Shown here: positions 59,118 to 64,000 of the stretch, one piece after another
Numbering within the stretch: position 1 is the first letter of the stretch
Layout: every line of letters starts with the position of its first letter
NCBI GenBank assembly: GCA_964544335.1
Contig: CAZJAJ010000002.1
Location: 78,109-142,108 of the forward strand
Source: an uncultured Methanosarcinales archaeon
Lineage (GTDB): Archaea > Nanobdellota > Nanobdellia > Woesearchaeales > JABIAG01
Length of the DNA: 64,000 nt
Reading direction: 5' to 3'
Position numbers and translations under genes: made by a program
The notes under the pieces: generated by a model
The model's input: only the letters and a program-made list of their open reading frames with translations
Database searches by the model: none
What the model was told of the DNA's origin: nothing

Positions 59118-60821
59118 GTGGCTGAAAGTGAATTCATTACCTTAAGCATTGTTGTCATGTTAGCTGTGGGGATTTCAGGGCTTGTTTCTCTACTCAAGCA
59201 ACCAGCAATCATAGGCTATATCATAACAGGAATAGTTGCAGGACCACTGCTCCTTGACATTACCAGCCACAGTACAGCCTTTGAAACATTCGCATCTCTT
59301 GGTGTAACCATTCTACTATTCATGGTAGGTTTACATCTTAATCCAAAAGCAGTAAAAGAACTAGGCACCGTATCCTTACTTGCAGGTCTTGGACAAGTGC
59401 TCTTCACATTCATTGGCGGATATCTCATTGCTCTTACCATAGGATTTACAAATATTCAATCCATTTACATTGCAGTAGCACTTACGTTCTCAAGTACCAT
59501 TGTTATTCTAAAATTACTCGCAGACAAAAAAGACACCGATTCACTCTATGGTAGAATTACAATTGGTATTCTTATCATTCAAGACCTTGTTGCTATGCTT
59601 GGTCTCATGCTTGTATCCTCACTAGGATCAGAAGGTGGACTTGGAACACTTTTCACACAAGTAGTCCTACAAGGATTTGGTATGCTTGTCGTGCTTTACT
59701 TTGTAGGGAGATACGCACTTCCAAAAATTATTGATTTTATTGCAAAATCACAAGAATACTTACTTTTATTCTCAATCGGATGGTGTATCTTTATTGCAAC
59801 TATCTTTTACTATCTGAATTTTTCCATTGAAATTGGTGCACTGCTTGCAGGGGTAACATTATCCGTTTCACCCTATCGACACGAAATTAGTTCAAAAATG
59901 AGAGTACTTCGAGACTTCTTTATCTTACTCTTCTTTGTCATGTTAGGGAGTCAAATTACCTTTGATGCCCTTGCAACACAACTTGTCCCAATCATCGTAT
60001 TCTCTCTCTTTGTACTTATTGGAAACCCAATCATTGTAATGATTGTCATGGGTATGCTTGGCTACACCAAACGAACATCCTTCAAAACAGGAATGGCACT
60101 CGCACAAATCAGTGAGTTCTCACTCATCCTAGTAGGTATTGGTGTAACCGTTGGCCAAGTTGATGTGAATACACTCTCATTTGTAACCATGGTTGGAATA
60201 ATTACTATCGCCATTTCATCCTACATGATTGACTACACCAACAAACTCTATGATCTACTCAGTCCTTACATGTCTATCTTTGAAAAGAAACGAATCAAGG
60301 AAAAGAAAGTAAGAAAAAAACATAAAGATGCAAACATCATCGTCTTTGGCTGTCACAGAATTGGAACCAGCCTTGTTGATGGACTTGATCGAGCGGGAAA
60401 AAACTTCCTTGTAGTTGACTACGATCCTGAACGAATTGCAGAACTTACCCAAGAAGGAGTCAACTGTCTATTTGGTGATGCAGAAGATGCAGAGTTTATC
60501 AAAGACCTCACCACAAACAAAACACGAATGATCGTCTCATCAATTCCAGAAAAAGAAGTCAACGAAATTATTATCAAAGCAGCATTATCAAAAAATAAAA
60601 AAGTGATTGTGCTCTGCCTAGCACATAGTATTTCAGAAGCAATTGAACTCTATGATCTTGGTGCATCCTATGTCATTCTACCGCACTTCCTTGGTGGAGA
60701 TCACGCATCAACCATCCTTGATTCCTTTGGATTTAACGCAAAGAAATACCAAAAGAAGAAAGACCTACACATCAAGGATCTACACAAAAGAAGAAGCAAG
60801 GGACACGATATCAACAATTAA
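59118..60821 (+). CDS. CPA2 (Kef-type) K+/H+ antiporter with TrkA-N domain
   Basis: LLFMVGL, SST, IQD, QISEFS, C-terminal GCHRIG/GDA. Confidence 0.92.
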   Translation: MAESEFITLSIVVMLAVGISGLVSLLKQPAIIGYIITGIVAGPLLLDITSHSTAFETFASLGVTILLFMVGLHLNPKAVKELGTVSLLAGLGQVLFTFIGGYLIALTIGFTNIQSIYIAVALTFSSTIVILKLLADKKDTDSLYGRITIGILIIQDLVAMLGLMLVSSLGSEGGLGTLFTQVVLQGFGMLVVLYFVGRYALPKIIDFIAKSQEYLLLFSIGWCIFIATIFYYLNFSIEIGALLAGVTLSVSPYRHEISSKMRVLRDFFILLFFVMLGSQITFDALATQLVPIIVFSLFVLIGNPIIVMIVMGMLGYTKRTSFKTGMALAQISEFSLILVGIGVTVGQVDVNTLSFVTMVGIITIAISSYMIDYTNKLYDLLSPYMSIFEKKRIKEKKVRKKHKDANIIVFGCHRIGTSLVDGLDRAGKNFLVVDYDPERIAELTQEGVNCLFGDAEDAEFIKDLTTNKTRMIVSSIPEKEVNEIIIKAALSKNKKVIVLCLAHSISEAIELYDLGASYVILPHFLGGDHASTILDSFGFNAKKYQKKKDLHIKDLHKRRSKGHDINN

Positions 60822-60869
60822 TCACCAAAAGTCCTAAAACGTTTTAAATCAATTAATTCTTACCATCTC

Positions 60870-61601
60870 ATGAAAAAAGGTGATAGAAAAACACTCTTTG
60901 GTACCTTTATATTAGTATTCTTTATCTTATTGCTCTACAACTCAATGGTGGGTTCTCAATGGGGCTTTGATAGCATCATGTCCATTATTGTCCTTGTGAT
61001 TTTCTATTACCTTGATGACTATCTTGATATCACCTATGCAGAGTTCATCGTAGGAATTATAGCACTCACTCTGCACAACCTTGGATCATTTGATTTCTAT
61101 GCATTTCAAATGGGATTCATCTATTATGATAACATTGTGCACATGGTATCCTCTCTTGCACTGGGCATGGGATTCTTTAGAGTATTCTACACCCGGTTCC
61201 ACATCGAAAACAGAGAACAACTCATTGCACTATTCTTAATGTCAATAGGTCTTGTTTCTTTACTGGGTATAGGCATAGAAACCACTGAATACGCAGGTCA
61301 TGTGTTCCTCGGAGAAGGTGATGGAATCTTCTTCACGGGAGTTGGGGACGCAAACAAACTTGGCGATCCACTCGAACAATACAAAGATGCACTTGAAGAT
61401 CTCATGTGGAACTTCTTTGGAGCACTCATTGGTGCAACCATAACACTACTTAGACTTGATACTTCTTCAGAAGGGAGGAAGTCAAAGCACCCAGAGCGAT
61501 TACCACCCAAAACACGAGATCAGAAATTAACCCCATACCTAAAAGAATTAAGTTCACAACCAGCAAAACAACCACAAAGATCGAAAGTACTTTCTTCATA
61601 A
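60870..61601 (+). CDS. Membrane protein (DUF2238-like)
   Basis: YYDNIVH, ETTEY, DALEDLMWNFFGA; multiple TM segments. Confidence 0.65.
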   Translation: MKKGDRKTLFGTFILVFFILLLYNSMVGSQWGFDSIMSIIVLVIFYYLDDYLDITYAEFIVGIIALTLHNLGSFDFYAFQMGFIYYDNIVHMVSSLALGMGFFRVFYTRFHIENREQLIALFLMSIGLVSLLGIGIETTEYAGHVFLGEGDGIFFTGVGDANKLGDPLEQYKDALEDLMWNFFGALIGATITLLRLDTSSEGRKSKHPERLPPKTRDQKLTPYLKELSSQPAKQPQRSKVLSS

Positions 61602-62327
61602 GGGAAGCGCCTCATCATTCTTTTTTAATGCAAACGTGTGTTCACCACTAATGCTTATGCCTGCATATCTTCCTTGCTCTAAACAACGAGTGTATGTTCT
61701 ACAAGAAACATCTTTTACTGTTGCAATGATCTGATCATGTGGTGCAAAACGTGTAAGTCTATGCAAACCATGTCTACTCAAAAAAAGACCTATCTTCTCA
61801 AGTAATTGTTTACTTTGTGATTGTTGATCAAGGTATCTCATGTGGCAATTAAGTGTGCTTCCTTTTCCAACAAAAAGATGTTCCCTATTATTATACAAAT
61901 AGTGGGTATCAAAGAGTTCTTTTTCTACAACCAACGCATCGCCATCTCGAAGTGCACCAAATTCAATCTGTGGATACTCTTCAGCAAGCTCTAGCATAGT
62001 TGCAAGATCAAACAAATCGCTTCTTGCTCGAAGCATTTTCATATGAAGTCCCGTTTTATCACTTCTTCTTCCCACTTGCATAGATACAAATCCTTCAAGA
62101 AAATACTCACCCATATCAAACGTTCTATAATATGTTGCCTCTGCATGATTGCAGCGAGGACAAGAATTATCACTAAAATGACCCATCTCATCACATAAAA
62201 ATCGAAGACCCTTATACTGATGCGCACTACTCACCTCTTTATCTGAAAAACCATGAATCAATCCAAGAAGTTCATCTCTATAGAAGTTTCCAGTATCATA
62301 TCGCCTAGTAGGCAGCGTAGTGCTCAT
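61596..62327 (-). CDS. Hypothetical protein
   Basis: 243-aa ORF with a TATA box upstream; CPRC; no family recognised. Confidence 0.6.
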   Translation of the reverse strand: MSTTLPTRRYDTGNFYRDELLGLIHGFSDKEVSSAHQYKGLRFLCDEMGHFSDNSCPRCNHAEATYYRTFDMGEYFLEGFVSMQVGRRSDKTGLHMKMLRARSDLFDLATMLELAEEYPQIEFGALRDGDALVVEKELFDTHYLYNNREHLFVGKGSTLNCHMRYLDQQSQSKQLLEKIGLFLSRHGLHRLTRFAPHDQIIATVKDVSCRTYTRCLEQGRYAGISISGEHTFALKKNDEALPL

Positions 62328-62369
62328 AGAAGAAGCTAACGTAGTGAAATATAAAAATCTGTTGTATGA

Positions 62370-63332
62370 TTACAGAAGATCTCTAATAGAAGCATCACAT
62401 CGATAGGTAGCATCAACAACTGCAGGAATATCCTCAAACCGCTCTACATTCCCGGGCGTTACCCACACAGGAATCCCTTTAAGTGCAACTTCGCGAATAG
62501 TATCCCATCCACAATCGTCATATTCTCTAAATCGTCTTCGAACACCCTGAGGATCATCATCTTTTCGATGTGTAAGTGGTTCTTCACATGTTCTGCAAAG
62601 ACCTTGTGGGATTCCCTCTTGAGTAAATCCAACACCAAGTGGTTGTCGCTCTATTTCAGTTGCACGTGCATTATAATCAAGATTACATGGTTTGCATTGC
62701 ATTCGGCCAACAGTTCGATTAAAAATATCATTAGGGTCAGCATGCACCAGCAACATTCCCTCAACAGGATGCCCAATATGTTTGAGGTAGTCAAATACAG
62801 GTTCAACTTGATCAGGTGATCGAAGCCACCCATCTCCAACGTACCCCATATGACCTGCACAAGGATGAATAGCACTCGTAAGGTGATACATCAGTGTATT
62901 GACAGGTGCATATAGTTTTAATTCACTATACAAGACAGCATTTCTGTCCTCTTTGTGTAATCTAAATGATTCTCCAAATGTTCTTTGAGAATACTCTTCA
63001 AGAAATGCTTCAACTGCATCTTCATTTGCAAGAAGATTTTTCAGAGTATCTTGATTTTCATCTTGATGCGCATGAATAAAATGATTAAGTACTTTTCGCG
63101 TATTCCCATTCAGTCTTTCACCAATACCTCTAAACAAAGCACCACTCTCTTTCCAAAGAAGATTTTGTCTCTTTGCAGTAACTTTAGCTCGTGCTTTTTT
63201 ACCACTGCCAGAATAACCCGTTACAATAATGCTCTTATTCTCAGGAAGCGTAGAAAGATCTGTATCATTAAAGACAATTCCTTCAAGTTGAGGATGTACA
63301 TCTTTTCCATGAATTTCATGAATATTGCTCAT
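62370..63332 (-). CDS. Divergent adenylate-kinase-like protein with Zn-LID
   Basis: GYSGSGK, SGALFR, DGWLRSPDQ, GRMQCKPC...CRTC, RKDD. Confidence 0.75.
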   Translation of the reverse strand: MSNIHEIHGKDVHPQLEGIVFNDTDLSTLPENKSIIVTGYSGSGKKARAKVTAKRQNLLWKESGALFRGIGERLNGNTRKVLNHFIHAHQDENQDTLKNLLANEDAVEAFLEEYSQRTFGESFRLHKEDRNAVLYSELKLYAPVNTLMYHLTSAIHPCAGHMGYVGDGWLRSPDQVEPVFDYLKHIGHPVEGMLLVHADPNDIFNRTVGRMQCKPCNLDYNARATEIERQPLGVGFTQEGIPQGLCRTCEEPLTHRKDDDPQGVRRRFREYDDCGWDTIREVALKGIPVWVTPGNVERFEDIPAVVDATYRCDASIRDLL

Positions 63333-63363
63333 TGTAATAGTGACTTATCGACCATTTAAAAAG

Positions 63364-63990
63364 CTATGTGGTACTATCAGGTCGCTTTCCATATCGGTGA
63401 TATCTATGTCTATAGGAAATATTGAATAACCCATACTCTGCAATTGCCTGCATGATATTATCTCGCTTAAACACAATATTGGTGTGGTGGGTATCTCTTT
63501 TTTTGCTGTAATAGTATCCAATATTCTCATCAGCACTAAGACCAATTGCCGGGTACACGCAGTCAAATAAATCTACAATCTCTTCTGCAAAATGAAGCGC
63601 AACATCCTTGTTTTTATTTCCATTCAGGTGCATTCGAAATTTGATACCTCTTGCTCTGTGCATCTTTGCAGTCATCATAATAGTAAGGTAATCAATTAAT
63701 ACCTTATTGGCAACCTTTTTCTCATCTTTGTAAACTGATTTTCTTTTTTCTTTGAGAAACTGAATGTAGGGTGGAAGCTGTGGGACAAGCGTAACTTTTC
63801 GATCAGGTTCTTCTTTTGTTCCTTCTCCTTGCTGCACACCAAGCAAAGACATCACTCTGCCATACGCTGAATTTGGAGCATACTGAATTGAACCTCTGCT
63901 CCCTTTTCTAAACGTAATACCAAGTCGTCTTTCACTAAATCTGAGTTGTTCTACAGGAACATTCTGTAAGTGCCCTACATAATTATGCAA
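63364..63990 (-). CDS. Hypothetical basic protein
   Basis: 208-aa ORF, no motif recognised; the start may lie near or beyond the window edge. Confidence 0.5.
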   Translation of the reverse strand: MHNYVGHLQNVPVEQLRFSERRLGITFRKGSRGSIQYAPNSAYGRVMSLLGVQQGEGTKEEPDRKVTLVPQLPPYIQFLKEKRKSVYKDEKKVANKVLIDYLTIMMTAKMHRARGIKFRMHLNGNKNKDVALHFAEEIVDLFDCVYPAIGLSADENIGYYYSKKRDTHHTNIVFKRDNIMQAIAEYGLFNISYRHRYHRYGKRPDSTT

Positions 63991-64000
63991 ATTACCACTC

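Noticed and set aside
1..64000. CRISPR array, rRNA, transposase, integrase or prophage
   Set aside because: No regularly spaced repeat series or recognisable motifs were seen.

Overview
Chromosomal segment of an archaeon, most likely DPANN (Woesearchaeota/Pacearchaeota-like; inferred from gene content). It is gene dense and mostly leaderless, with TTTAWAWA boxes starting about 29-30 nt before many ATGs. Core archaeal genes include Cdc48, Alba, eS17, eL43, RpoP, Pcc1, prefoldin beta, aIF1A, aRF1, SRP54, GatCAB, Mre11/HerA and XPD. Bacterial-type genes are mixed in: a complete sigma-70 factor, HU, NrdR with two NrdR boxes, RlmH, a histidine kinase, a response regulator and a putative SLT/LysM lipoprotein. 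There is also a split OGFOD1/Tpa1-like hydroxylase pair. The most unusual signal is non-coding. Two paralogous cassettes (~33.25-33.56 kb, + strand; ~54.43-54.68 kb, - strand) each encode a tRNA with a Ser-type body (GCC...GGC-G73, long variable arm) but an Ile anticodon (GAU). Each tRNA carries intron(s) and is preceded by a 32-nt copy of its own anticodon and variable arm. Opposing TATA boxes bracket that copy, which predicts a small antisense RNA against the tRNA. This is a candidate mistranslating-tRNA / antisense-RNA module. Also present are a two-intron tRNA-Pro, a small structured insertion family with long direct repeats, and an unannotated 53-aa histone-fold protein. No CRISPR array, rRNA, transposase or integrase was recognised.
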